From NCBI GenBank assembly GCA_002269645.1, contig NIVC01000416.1, forward strand, positions 496,001 to 560,000: a DNA stretch of 64,000 bases, read 5' to 3'. This stretch comes from Macrostomum lignano (taxonomy: Eukaryota). The notes under the pieces are model-generated. The model was not told where the DNA came from. It did no database searches and saw only the letters and a list, made by a program, of their open reading frames with translations. Below, in pieces: positions 29,958 to 42,288 of the stretch (positions are counted from its first letter, which is position 1; each line of letters starts with the position of its first letter). The translations under genes were made by a program, and so were the position numbers.

Positions 29958-32900
29958 ATGTTGATTTTTGGCGTGGTACTCGTACTTGGCTACTTTGTCA
30001 TCGGGTAAGAAACGCCTTTTCAACACATAATATCATGTAATATAACAAAACCGAATGCGTCCATTTTTAGAGCCAATGCCGGACTTTATTTTTGCTTGCC
30101 AAAGGTAGTGCGACTCGTGGACGTAAACGTCACAAATGCCGCTAACTACCACTCATTCGCCGACCATCTCGTTTTTCCGAGGCCCGATGGTGCGCCTTTG
30201 TCTTATGAGGGCCTCGACTGCCAATGGGAGTTTCTCTTCAACCTGAATAAAGACTATATAATTGTTCTTAGTGCATTCGTTCCCGACAAATCAGATTATC
30301 GAAAGCGAGTGATCAGATCGACAGGTTATTCGGAATTGCAGCAGAATTCGCTAATGCAGTACCGGATGTCTGGATGGCTGGCTACAAGTAAGCATAAATA
30401 AGCTCTTATTAAATCAGAAGTGCAAATTATTCGGAATGCGCACTATTAACTCTTTTGCAATGCCACAGAGCTTACAGAGTTTATTGATTTTTTAGCATGC
30501 TCGCCACCGTCAAACGAAAGCTTCAACTGGGAGACTGTGAATTTGAGAACACTGCAAGTTTTGCCAGTTCGAAGTGGGTACGTTCTATTCAAAGCATTTT
30601 ATCCTCCTCCCTACTTCAATTCTATTGATACTGCTGCTCACGATGATCCGTTATTTTAGAAACAAATTGTCGGTTATATTTAAACAAAGTGCTAGAGGAA
30701 AAGTAAACTCATCACCACCTGGTCTAAAAATCCAGCTGATGGAGCCGGGATTCTGCAGCAGAGACATAACGTATTGGAACGGAAACTGCTATAAAATCAC
30801 TCAAGTTGCCAGGTCTCTAACCGAAGAGTTGTTCGAAATTGACCGAGCTAGCGGAATACTACAGTTGGCCAGTTTTAACAGTTCGATCGAGCTGCACAAC
30901 TTTGTGGTTGAAAGTGAGTGATTTTAGAAATTGTCGTTCAATTTATTATCTTAACGGCTTAGCCCGTAGAATAGCCTGCTTATCTGCTGAGCATTTACGC
31001 TCCTATTACAAGCATATCATGGTTATTTAACAGGGAGCATAAGATCACAATAATAGTTTAGACATATTTGGGGGTTAGGACTGTGACGGTGTCAAATTTG
31101 TTTAAATACTTTATGGATTTTTCAAGCATAAAATTTGTGATTTTTAATGTAATTTTGATTTACTAACCTGATATATTCATATCTAATGTAATCGATACTT
31201 AAGTTTGTTTTAATTGCATCTCAAAATGAATTATTTTGAAAGTCATTATTGAGTCTCTTTTTACCGTCTGTCATTCGCGGGCTCTAGCATTGTCTAGTGG
31301 ACCAATCAAACTCCATCTATTACGCGCTAGACTGAAGGCCCTTCATCATATACTACTGTGTTTGACCGCTACAGAAGTCCACTCCTTCGTCTGTAAAGCG
31401 ATCCTGTCAATAAAATAAAAACAAATTATACATTCTCAGCTAAAACTAAAAAAAACCACTACGACTACTGCTCGCTTCGTCACAAGGACCATTAGGGCGT
31501 GGAATCTTTTTGGTTATTCACAAAACCGGAAAGTTTTATGATTTCTCTTTGTCCCCCGCAAACAGAACTGCATGGCATGAGTTAAATATTCTTTAAAGAA
31601 GACTTGCGGGCTGAACAAATTATAAAAAAATTCTTAGAATCAATCAACTCTGTGTTTCACAATGGGCTACAAATATGCAGCTCTCACTGTCGCTCTTGCT
31701 ATACTTTGGCTAGGTTCCCTTCTGTTCGAGACAGATTTATTATTCGCCTCCTACCGACCTATTAATTACATTCAATGCTTTTTTAGTTTTCTCTATTCTA
31801 CGCTCGTAATTTTTGCGAGTTAAAATTTATCAATTATAAAATTTATTGCTAGCCAGAAAGATTATAGACTTGATTTCAAGTAGGCACGGTTTCGCAAATA
31901 CCCAAAAAGCTTTCACTTCTAAAAGATCCAGATTTATATTTCTATGGACGCCACACTGGATTTTCTTGGAAATGGAGACTTAGAAACGAATATTTATCGC
32001 AGCGAAAGATCAAATATACATTTTTATAAGAATACAAGATCTATGATTGCAGCCCCCTCGTCCCGGTCAAATAAGTCACTGGTCATGAGTTGAAACATGT
32101 ATTAGTCCGGCTAAGAAACGATTTGTTTGACCATAACAACATAACAAGGATCAGGACCATAGACTATAGAGCTAGCCTATATTCCGTATCTCTGCTTTTC
32201 TTTCCTTCTTACTTCCAGTACAAAAACTTTAAGAAAACGGTGAGATCCGATTTGTTCATCTCATGCAACTCCTTGAGCACCATCAACCCATGTTGATCAC
32301 CAGACGCCCACTGTCTCTTCTTCTAGGGGCGCCATTCCATGAACGTTTTGATCATCCAAGCAGATTTTTTCTTAGTAGCTTCTGGCACATAACCATCGAC
32401 AACAGCTATGAGCTCTTTTTTTGGCGCAAAATCGAATCCTAGGTCTTTTAGATGTCCCCGTAGTAATTCCATCCGTAAACATCAAATAAAAAAATCGCTA
32501 TATCAGCGTCCATACGAGCTAGTGGCAAAGCCGTCACTAATGTTTTCAGCTTTTATACCTCATGCACAAGCGCTTCAATTACGAAAATTTCCGTACAAGT
32601 TTTTCGCATTAGGAGTGCCTAATTACTACTATGCAGTGTACTTTTGACATGTTTTAGACCAAAAGAAACGCGTTGGAGCAGGCAGGATGGCTCGAAGCAA
32701 ACAGCCGCTTAAGCTGTCAGGAGTTCGAATCGGGATGTTTTACGAAAGCAAATCCAAATCTATACATTATCTAAGTATCGACGATGGCGAATACAAAATC
32801 AAGAAGTTCAGGAATCGTCATTCGCTGTAAGCTGTGGCACAATTTGCTGCGAAAGTTAACTAGTTACTTCAGTGTGTGTACAAAAGTTTAAATAAAATGA

Positions 32901-33380
32901 TCAAATTTCAGTTTCTACAGAGTGCTGTCACCGAATCGCGCTGTGTCGTGTGGCTCGTTGAAAATTGCCGTTGAAAATTGTGGCTCGTATCAGCATAGCA
33001 CTGGCGCTTTGTTAGAATTTATCGAATTCGGAGACTGCGCAGAACCACTTCCCGCGCTGATTAGCTTCTCAGATGCTGAATTCAAAATTATCTGCAACAA
33101 CTGCAGTTCAATTTTTCGCGACTGGATGAAAGCGAAACAAATGACAATAAAAGAAAAATCCGGCACACGTACAAAGCCAAAATCAAGGGCCTCGGCTCGG
33201 TCGCCGATACCGAGACACGAACCCGCGTCTACGGGTTCAGATTCATTCGTTTTTAAAGTGATTGTTCTCTCAGTGGTTCTCTTAGTGTTATCTGTGTTTT
33301 ATTTGTTGCTGTTTCCGAGGAAATTCAGAAGCATTCACGGCTTCCATGGTTGCTCTGTGGCTTATTTTCATTGTTGTTAG
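29958..33380 (+). CDS. Receptor paralog 3: signal peptide, CUB-like, C-type-lectin-like, TM, short tail (about 445 aa)
   Basis: Manual exons 29958-30004, 30071-30387, 30496-30577, 30660-30913, 32658-32826, 32912-33380, with the same intron phases as paralogs 1 and 2. Peptides MLIFGVVLVLGYFVIGANAGLYFC, LDCQWEFLFN..IIVLSAF, GNKLSVIFKQS..GLKIQLMEPGFC..YWNGNCY, TM FVFKVIVLSVVLLVLSVFYLLLF. Confidence 0.75.
32100..32420 (-). pseudogene. Crypton-like (DUF3504-associated tyrosine-recombinase family) fragment
   Basis: The minus strand reads VDGYVPEATKKKSAWMIKTFMEW..ELHEMNKSDLTVFLKF, then after a frameshift FVLEVRRK. This resembles the N-terminal region of Crypton/ZMYM-like proteins as recalled from memory; stops are present. 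Confidence 0.45.
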
Positions 33381-34898
33381 TTTCTGTTTCGATGGAGTTT
33401 CTGAAACCGTTATTTCCACAATTCTTATCTTACTGATTATGTGTTTAATTATAAGTAAGTAGTCAAAGTAAGTAAAAAACCTTTGAAGACGGACTTTGAG
33501 CTCCGATTTAGAGCGCCGTGAGGATTTAATTTAGTTGTGAAGCACGATACTCTTAGTACCAGTAACTTTCAATAAATGTTACATGTTCTAAACATACATG
33601 TATAACAAAAAATTTAGCTTGATTTCAAGGCTGCGAAACTGACTGACGCGACGACACATAGGCTCCCCCATTGTATTGTACTTACTACTGCCAGTAGTAT
33701 GACTTTTATTCTTAACTTTTCCCCCCTATATTCGACTGGGGTAGTTACCAGCATACTGTGAATCACGTGACTGGCGCTTTTCTCATTTTTCACAGGCCAT
33801 CAATGACATGAGATTTCGGCCTATTGTTGGAATTTATACAAACGGAACGATATTTTGATAGCTAGGAACTTTACTTCCCTAAAGTATATTATGTTTCAAT
33901 CCGAATCTTTTCCCGAACTATTCCATTTCACTCTCCTCTTCATCTCCAATCCAATGCATAATTTCATGTCGATTTTGAACTTAGCATTGCTAAAACTCAT
34001 AAATCTTTAGTGCTGGCTCAGGCATCAAAAGCGGCTTAATAATTTAAGAGTTTATCAGCTGTGACTTTGAACTGCAGTCACATTAACGATTAGAAGCTTG
34101 CATATAGGTAACTCTTCTGATTTCAACAGCCGTCTGATTTTAGTTTTTCATTGCACTCAAAACTCGGCATATACTACTAGCTGCTTCTATACTCGAGCTG
34201 TGTTGAAAATTATAAACACGTAGAAATTCGTGATAAATTATAATGTATATATAAATTGTATCGCGTCCTAATAACTTTTTTTAACAGTTTGCAACATGCT
34301 CTTTGTAATAAACTCCGAGCGGATTGTTGCTATGCTAATGCTACAGAGCAACATAATATACTATTTTCAGCTTAAGAATTATTCGTAATGATGCTCGTAG
34401 TTGTTCGTAATTTTAATTTTGCGTGTTGTCTACATGTAGAACGACAGATAAAACTTGTAAGACATTTAGACTAGATAGAATTTACTCTCATCTGTTTTAA
34501 GTAAAACTGAATAAAATGTGATAGATGGCTAGATACGGGTAGAAGTGCAAACACGGTTGAAAGTATTAAAATAAAGATATGCATGCATGTAGTTTGGTTT
34601 GCATTATTCTTACAAAGGCAGTGTCATATTTTAACTGCAAAGTGACAAAACACGCGTAAAGCACTCAGTAATGCTGTGCCAAAACTTTATGCAAGTTTGC
34701 AGTCGCCAGCAGCAATACAACTTTGTCTAGAACAGATTTTATCACCACTTACAGCAGTGCAATGCATTGTACACTGTATTGCAGATTTAGAACTAATAAA
34801 TTCAGATAAATTTTTGTTTTGAAATAAATTTTCTTCCAAGCTATATTTTGAGTTTTAGTCACCTGATTTTTCACTTAGAAAATTCCTGAGACAGTCAA

Positions 34899-37800
34899 AT
34901 GAGGTCGCTTGTATGGCATCTGATTCTTATCCTGCTGTTTGGTTCGAGGGTCAGTGGAAACTGCTCCGACAAGTTAAGGACAGGTAAGTAAAGCCGCAAT
35001 CGATTTCCAACTGTGTCCTGACTTTAGAATGAGATACTGTTGATTTCTACATTTCAGTGACAGTGCAGCTGAGCAGGGCTGACGTTCTGCGCACCTGGCA
35101 ACCCAGCGGTGCGCACTGCCGTTGGTGGGAGAGTCGGCAGTCGGAGACAAACCGATTCCCTGCTGCTGTGCGGTCCGGGCCTCGGTGGTTTGTGATGCAG
35201 CTGAGGCAGCCGATGATGCTGGAGGCGGTGAGCGTGCGAGACTGGGGTGAGTGACGCTGACCGACTCATTCTCATGATGCATGATGAGGCAGAGGGAGTC
35301 TGGGACACAGAGTGTGAGACAGTGTGAAACCAGCTAGCATCTAATTAGCACTCTGAGACAGTGTGAGACCAGCTAGCAGCCAATTAGCACTCTGAGACAG
35401 TGTGAGACCAGCTAGCATCTAATTAGCACTCTGAGACAGTGTGAGACCAGCTAGCATCTAATTAGCACTCTGAGACAGTGTGAGACCAGCTAGCATCTAA
35501 TTAGCACTCTGAGACAGTGTGAGACTAGCAAGCATCTAATTAGCACTCTGAGACAGTGTGAGACCAGCTAGTAGCCAAGCACTCGTGTTGCAGATGGCCA
35601 GTGGCACGCAGCAGCTCCGGTCGGCTCGCCCGTGTCAGCGGTCGGAGCCTCGAGCCTCCCGCTGGAGCTGCAGCTGGAGGATCCGTGCCGTGCCAGCTGG
35701 GAGGCCTTCGGCAGCAGCGACCACTGGAGGCCGTTCGGAGGCGATGTCGATGCCCTACTACAGGCTCCCGTCTCTTTCATCCGACTGAGCAGCGAAATTT
35801 CGTTAAGTTGGCAGGCATTGAACATATCAGGTGAACATGTGAATATGTGCTCCTCTATCACAAAGAAGCTATAGATTAAGTTATAGTTTTTGTAGCTGTC
35901 TCAAATGTAACTCTAAAACACTGCAACTCCCAAGGTCACCCATCGCCAATGGCACTGAACATGTCACTGCACAGTGGCTACATGTACCGCAGCTACGGTT
36001 TAACCGTCAAGCAGCATTTTCATTTAAACATTGAATACTTTGTGAACTACTGCGGCACCGAGAAGATTGCGTGCTGGCTGCGAAAAAAATGAGCAGACTA
36101 AATTGAGAGCAAATCATGTGAGTTCTATTTTTAATAGACGCTGGACAGAGGCTCACGGATGAAACAAGGAAAATATCATTCATAATCGTATCATTTCTAG
36201 CTGAGCTCGGTTCGGAACTCAAACGGCATGACGACGCACAAGTTTGAGCTGAAATTTCGCAAAGGCGATCACGGCAAACTGCTTCAATGCGGCTTGCAAG
36301 CGCGACAGGAAACTGTTCTTCTGGAGGAGCCGCTGTACTGGGAAGGTGAGTCTTGAAGCCAACTTGGAAGTAGAGTTGTTGGCCTGTGAGCACTGTCTGT
36401 TGAGTCTTCTATTCTTGCTCCGCAGTTCCTACACAGACACTGAGCATAATCGAATCGACAGCTTTGGTTCTGGGATATCCGGCTGAAATCTGGGTCTCAT
36501 CGAAATCATTTCCGGAGGCCCAGCATCACTGCTTCATCAGCACTTCGCAGAATCAACGTCTGTTTCTAAAAGTCGAGAAGACGGTGAATTTTCAGACTGT
36601 TATCTGTTACCAAAATCACTTTTGGTATCATCTCCGGTGGTAGGGGGTAGTCCCACCTGGTTAGACACAGGTATCATCTCCTGCGGTAGGGGTAGTCCCA
36701 CCTGGTTAGAAACAGGTATCATCTGCGGTAGGGGTAGTCCCACCTGGTTGGACACAGGTATCATCTCCTGCGGTAGGGGTAGTCCCACCTGGTTAGACAC
36801 AGGTATCATCTCCTGCGGTAGGGGTAGTCCCACCTGGTTGGACACAGGTATCATGGCGGGCACTTGCAGTAGGGATGTCCCAGATGGTTAAGACAGACAT
36901 AGTCTTAAGCTAAGTTAAGAAAAGGACTCTCAATCAAGGTAAGGATAAGAATTGTCAGCTCAACATTTTTTTCAATCCTCCAGAGACTGTCGAAGGCTGT
37001 GGACGAAAAAAACCGAACGGTCTTCCGGGTTCAATCAAAGTTTGCCTTTAATGTTACCCAGTCCGTACTCAACCGAGACATTTTTTGCGAGTGCTCAGCA
37101 GTGTCCGGAGTGAGAAGTCTTGCGCCAGCACGGAATAAGATATCAGAAATTAGTAGTGAGTCAGATCAATTCATTATGAGTGTTCATGCGGAAAATCAAA
37201 TAAACCGATTCAACCGATTTCCAGAGCCCTGTCAGACTACCGTGAACCTTGGTTCGAAACGATACTGGCTGACTGGCGAAACCAGGTTAATTACGGTGAC
37301 CTCCACCCTCTGCAGCATTTGGAATGTTACTCACAGCTGTTACCTGGTGACAACGGACAAAATTTCTTCAAATGTTGCACTTCAAAAAGTTCAGGTACGG
37401 TTCCCTATGTATAGTAGTATAGCGACCTCTGAATCACATGTCAATTACAATACCTCGAGAACATCGAGTTCAGTGCATCCAATTAAATAATACTAATCCC
37501 CACAGCAAGAAAAGTTCAGTAGCGCACACGAGCTCCGCGTGACCGAATCAATGACGTCTCGAAACCGGTGGAAGATTCGATGCCAAGTCAATCAGACTGG
37601 AGTGATTTGTGAAGACTCCGATAGTAGCCAGGGAAACGCGGTGCCAAGTGTTTTTTGTGAGTCTGTCGTACTCGTACGGGGCAGTTATAGGCTGTCGACA
37701 TAGCAACCAAAGAGGTAATTTAAGGCCTTATACTATACTTTCACTGTACAAGGATGTACGTATCAATGCAATCACCTGTGACTAGACCTGAGAAGTCCAA

Positions 37801-40050
37801 ACTGATTGATTGGTAATGAGTACTGTTCATCGCACCAAGCCAAAAGTCAGTATTTCATAAACCCACATTAACTTTAGTTACCGTGGCTCAAGAGAGAAGA
37901 GAGAAGGGAGACGCAGGAGAGAAGAGAGCTGAGAAAATACAAACTTCGAGCGGGTGGGATTGCTATATTGTGAAGTTCCTCCCAACGGCCGGATAGAGAG
38001 GCTTCGCGGGCCGGAGAAAAAGACAAAGATCAATCTGAAGGGCTAGAGCATATGTATTTTTTACATTAATTTGTTGCTTAACTGTTGCTTATTAAACTTT
38101 CCACGAATTATTTTTAGCGTCAGAAGACAAAGCCGCTGTTGATTTGTCAGCCAAGCAGCTCACCGATAAGCACGTCTCAGTGCACGCAATTTTGACCAAC
38201 AGAAACGACCGACTACCGATTGACAACCTGACGTGCGAGTTGTTGGCTTTCACTAAGCTGAAATCTGCTCCGATGAGGGTAAGGAGAATTCATCTATTGG
38301 AATTGCTGATCTAGAATAGAGAAACCAAGCTCAGCAGATTATCCTAGAATTACGTAAAAGGTACAGTGGGCAGTAAGGCATGTAGGGTTAGAGAGTTGCT
38401 TATAACATTGCAGTTGGTTTGTTTGATAATTCTGAATTTCACCTTTTCTCTGATCTGATCTGCGGCTCTCTGTATGCATTTAGAGACGTGATAAAGGTCA
38501 CCAGGCGCGTCACCTGACATCGCGTAATTCAATTTTTCAGCAATATATTCCAATGCATCACGACGACCAAAACATCTGGAGCTCAGTTGTTGCTGTGCCA
38601 ATCATTTCTCAGGCAACCAGAATCGCAATTCACTGCTTGGCATTGCAAATTTACTTTGGCGAGACAGTATTTCAGTCAGTGTCTCAGGCTGATGTGGCTT
38701 TATTGCAAACTAATATTCAAAAAACCGACGCAAATGCACTTCAAGCATTTGCTCAGACAGAAGTTCCGGTACAGTCGAAGTGGAACCCAGATACTGACAA
38801 GTCAAACTCGATGCTGTTAATAGTGATCGCTGCGGCTGTTCAGTTGGTCATTCTGGTTTTTGTTGTCTTGGCAACATGGCGAATTGCGAAAGTAAGTTTA
38901 ACAAAATTGTATTTTGAAAGATTTAGGCAGCATATGAATGAATGAATACAAATCTGTGTTTCAAAGCATGCACATTTTGATGGCCAATTGCCAGATCACA
39001 TGCACAAAATGATTTGGGAAACTTTCGGCTTGACGAAGTCGAAAGATGTTCAAAGTAACGAGTATAATAATTGATACACCTGCCTTAATGGCAGATGTGC
39101 AACCGACAGCTCAGCCGCAGCTATTGCGCAGCGCATCTGAAGGCTGCGTACGGCTGTTCAGTCCAAGGACTGGGGGGTCGCCACACACCCTCAATTACCC
39201 CAGCTAATGCTGGCACCAATTTTACAGCTGGGTGAACTGAAGCAATGCAGAGTTAAGTGTCTTGCTCAAGGACACAAATTGTTTCAGTGGGATCAGGAAT
39301 CGAACCCCCGACCCGCCAGTCGTGAGTCAGACGCTCTAACCACTAGGCTACGACCTAGTATAGTGTAGCTACAAAGTATATCTAGATAAACACTATGGGA
39401 CGGGTCTCCCACAGACAGATTTGAAGTCACTACCATAACTGCCGGTACAGTGGCCCTGACGTAGTTTGAAAATAACGATTCACACCTACTCGTATGAGAG
39501 CCAATTCCTCCTAAAGTACAAGAGTATTTAGGCCTGACGATTATAGAAAGTCAAAGGGCCGCTGTCGTGTTAAGCGTGTGTATGAGTAGTGCAGAAGTCT
39601 GCAGCATCGCCTCAGTGCAGCTGGTTGTGAGACGATGCCACTGAAAGCGTTGTTGTTCTCCTCCAATTGTTATTGCGATTGGCCAATTAGCTCGTAAAAA
39701 CAAACTTGCAGATTCGAAATCGACGTCGCGCTGTCGCGGAAGACGAAATCAGCAGACCCAACGGCGGCAGCGATGCAGTTGAACTGACCGTCACCAACAG
39801 TGCAGAGTCTGGGGGTGCGACGGCAACAGCTGCGCCGTACGATTATCCCAGCAGCGATTGGAGCACCTTCGAGCAGCAGGATTCTGCAGGAACTGCGGGG
39901 CCAATCTATGAGCAGGTGTCTATAGACTCCGGTGCCAACAACAGACCACCACGGCAGAATCTGCCGCTACCGCCGCCGCCGCCGCCGCCGCCTGAGCAGC
40001 AGCAGCAATCTGACGAGTCTCCCTACATAAACTGGCAAGGGAGAGGATAA
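34899..40050 (+). CDS. Orphan type I receptor: signal peptide, discoidin(F5/8C)-like, about 4 Ig-like domains, TM, Tyr/Pro-rich tail (about 780 aa, 12 exons; one apparent +1 frameshift)
   Basis: Manual exons 34899-34983, 35058-35246, 35594-35830, 35896-36117, 36201-36345, 36426-36583, 36984-37155, 37225-37394, 37506-about 37610/37655, 38118-38278, 38541-38891, 39712-40050. Peptides MRSLVWHLILILLFGSRVSG, PRWFVMQLRQPMMLEAVSV, PVSFIRL, ELKFRKGDHGKLLQC, SKFAFNVT..DIFCEC, TM MLLIVIAAAVQLVILVFVVLATW. Confidence 0.68.
35315..35570 (+). repeat. 39-bp intronic minisatellite (GAGACAGTGTGAGACCAGCTAGCATCTAATTAGCACTCT)n
   Basis: About 6.5 copies filling intron 2 of the Ig receptor. Confidence 0.9.
36636..36853 (+). 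repeat. 45-bp intronic minisatellite
   Basis: About 5 copies of GGTAGGGGTAGTCCCACCTGGTTAGACACAGGTATCATCTCCTGC. Confidence 0.9.
39065..39355 (-). mobile_element. tRNA-derived CORE-type SINE, family 2 (full length)
   Basis: On the minus strand: A box TAGCCTAGTGG, B box GGTTCGATTCC, a central TGTGTCCTTGAGCAAGACACTTAACTCTGCATTGCTTCAGTTCACCCAGCTGTAAAA segment and an (ATT)n tail. Confidence 0.8.
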
Positions 40051-40224
40051 TGATGGATATACTTAGTCGTAGTACACAGAGTGATCAATTGGCATGCTGT
40101 TTATATTTAAAATCAACTTGAGTTGGTCTGAATTCCTCATTGCAGGGGACCCCCAAGGTCAGAACTAGGCAAAATTCTATCTACTAACGAACCAATGTGA
40201 GAAACCGGCTCATTTCATGTTTTA

Positions 40225-41415
40225 TATGACGCTTATTTTATGTTTGAATTGACGCTTCTTTTATGGTTTGACAAGACGCTTCTTTTATGGTTTGACATGA
40301 CGCTTCTTTTATGGTTTGACATGACGCTTCTTTTATGTTTGACTTGACGCTTCTTTTATGGTTTGACAAGACGCTTCTTTTATGGTTTGACATGACGCTT
40401 CTTTTATGGTTTGACATGACGCTTCTTTTATGTTTGACTTGACGCTTCTTTTATGGTTTGACAAGACGCTTCTTTTATGTTTGAATTGACGCTTCTTTTA
40501 TGGTTTGACATGACGCTTCTTTTATGTTTGACTTGACGCTTCTTTTATGTTTGACTTGACGCTTCTTTTATGGTTTGACATGACGCTTCTTTTATGGTTT
40601 GACATGACGCTTATTTTATGTTTGACTTGACGCTTCTTTTATGATTTGACATGACGCTTCTTTTATGGTTTGACTTGACGCAATTCTTTTATGGTTTGAC
40701 ATGACGCTTCTTTTATGGTTTGACATGATGCTTCTTTTATGGTTTGATATGACGCTTCTTTTATGGTTTGATATGACGCTTCTTTTATGGTTTGACTTGA
40801 CGCTTCTTTTATGGTTTGACATGACGCTTCTTTTATGGTTTGACTTGACGCTTCTTTTATGGTTTGACAAGACGCTTCTTTTATGTTTGAATTGACGCTT
40901 CTTTTATGTTTGAATTGACGCTTCTTTTATGTTTGAATTGACGCTTCTTTTATGTTTGAATTGACGCTTCTTTTATGTTTGAATTGACGCTTCTTTTATG
41001 TTTGAATTGACGCTTCTTTTATGGTTTGACATGACGCTTCTTTTATGATTTGACATGACGCTTCTTTTATGGTTTGACTTGACGCAATTCTTTTATGGTT
41101 TGACATGACGCTTCTTTTATGGTTTGATATGACGCTTCTTTTATGGTTTGATATGACGCTTCTTTTATGGTTTGACTTGACGCTTCTTTTATGGTTTGAC
41201 TTGACGCTTCTTTTATGGTTTGACTTGACGCTTCTTTTATGGTTTGACATGACGCTTCTTTTATGGTTTGACTTGACGCTTCTTTTATGGTTTGACCATA
41301 AAAGACTGGACATGACGCTTCTTTCAAATTTGACATGACGCTTTTTTGTTTGACATGACACCTTTTTATGGTTTGAAATGACGCTTTTATCACTTTTGAC
41401 ATGACGCTTCTTTTG
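40225..41415 (-). repeat. 23-24-bp satellite array (minus strand: CATAAAAGAAGCGTCATGTCAAAC)n
   Basis: Direct tandem repeat; the monomer is related to the arrays at 376-2330 and 3757-8075. Confidence 0.95.
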
Positions 41416-42001
41416 TTTAGAAAGGATTAATTTGCAAACCAGACATGACATCATGTAAAACATAAGACAAGCGTCACGTCAAACCTAAAAGAAAGGTCAT
41501 GTCCAGCTTGAAAATTAATCCTTTTATAGTAAATCCTTATTTTACTTGCTGGCAGGTCTGTAAACAGATGCCAAAAACCAATTGGCATAAATGACACCGA
41601 TTTCAGTGAAACCAATCAAGCTAAAGGCAATGTCAATGCCATTGACAACGTATACAGTATAGTTCGAGAACAATCCTGTGTCTGTTAAAGCAGTGCAGTA
41701 CAGATTGAAATCGAACCGTCTTCGTCTGGCCATGTCTGATGAACTCTGTTATTGTACGAGTATATGGTCTAGAGATTTGCACCATTGTCGAAAGGATTGA
41801 TTGTGCACCCAACTTATGGCTCCGCAGACCCCCCTTTAGGCCATAGACCATTGGCTAGTCTTCAATAGCTGGCTCTCTCAACTGATGGACTGAACTGCAA
41901 TCGCTCCTAAGCTCAGTTGGCTTGGACTATAAGAGTATTATGCACTGGACAGCATTGAGAACGCAACACTCTAACTACTAACTACAGTCTAACCTCTAGA
42001 C

Positions 42002-42288
42002 TAGTCTATGGTTCAAATCGAGCTCAGAAACACATGTAGCCACCCTCGCAAGAAGTGGTTATTGACTCGACGTGTCATTCGGCCAGAACAAGGAAGGCTT
42101 CGAAAAAGGGCCCCCGTTGCAACGTTTTTACCATAGACAACTAAGGAATCTTCAGTAGCCAATCGATACGAACGGGGGCTTCACGGAGCAAAATCGTACC
42201 CCCAAATTTATGGCAGATGAGCAATACACGGTTTTATTTATCCATGGGCTACACGAGCTTCTTTTCGAGCGATTTGAACCATAGACTA
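42002..42288. mobile_element. Small MITE with TIR (TA)GTCTATGGTTCAAATCG
   Basis: Perfect 19-bp inverted repeats at 42002-42020 and 42270-42288; the terminal TA may be the TSD. Confidence 0.65.

Noticed and set aside
31455-31515. TTARFVTRTIRAWNLF, resembling a CR1/L2 LINE C-terminus
   Set aside because: Too short to call reliably.
41542-41851. Two short overlapping minus-strand ORFs
   Set aside because: No recognisable motifs and no linkage to neighbouring exons.
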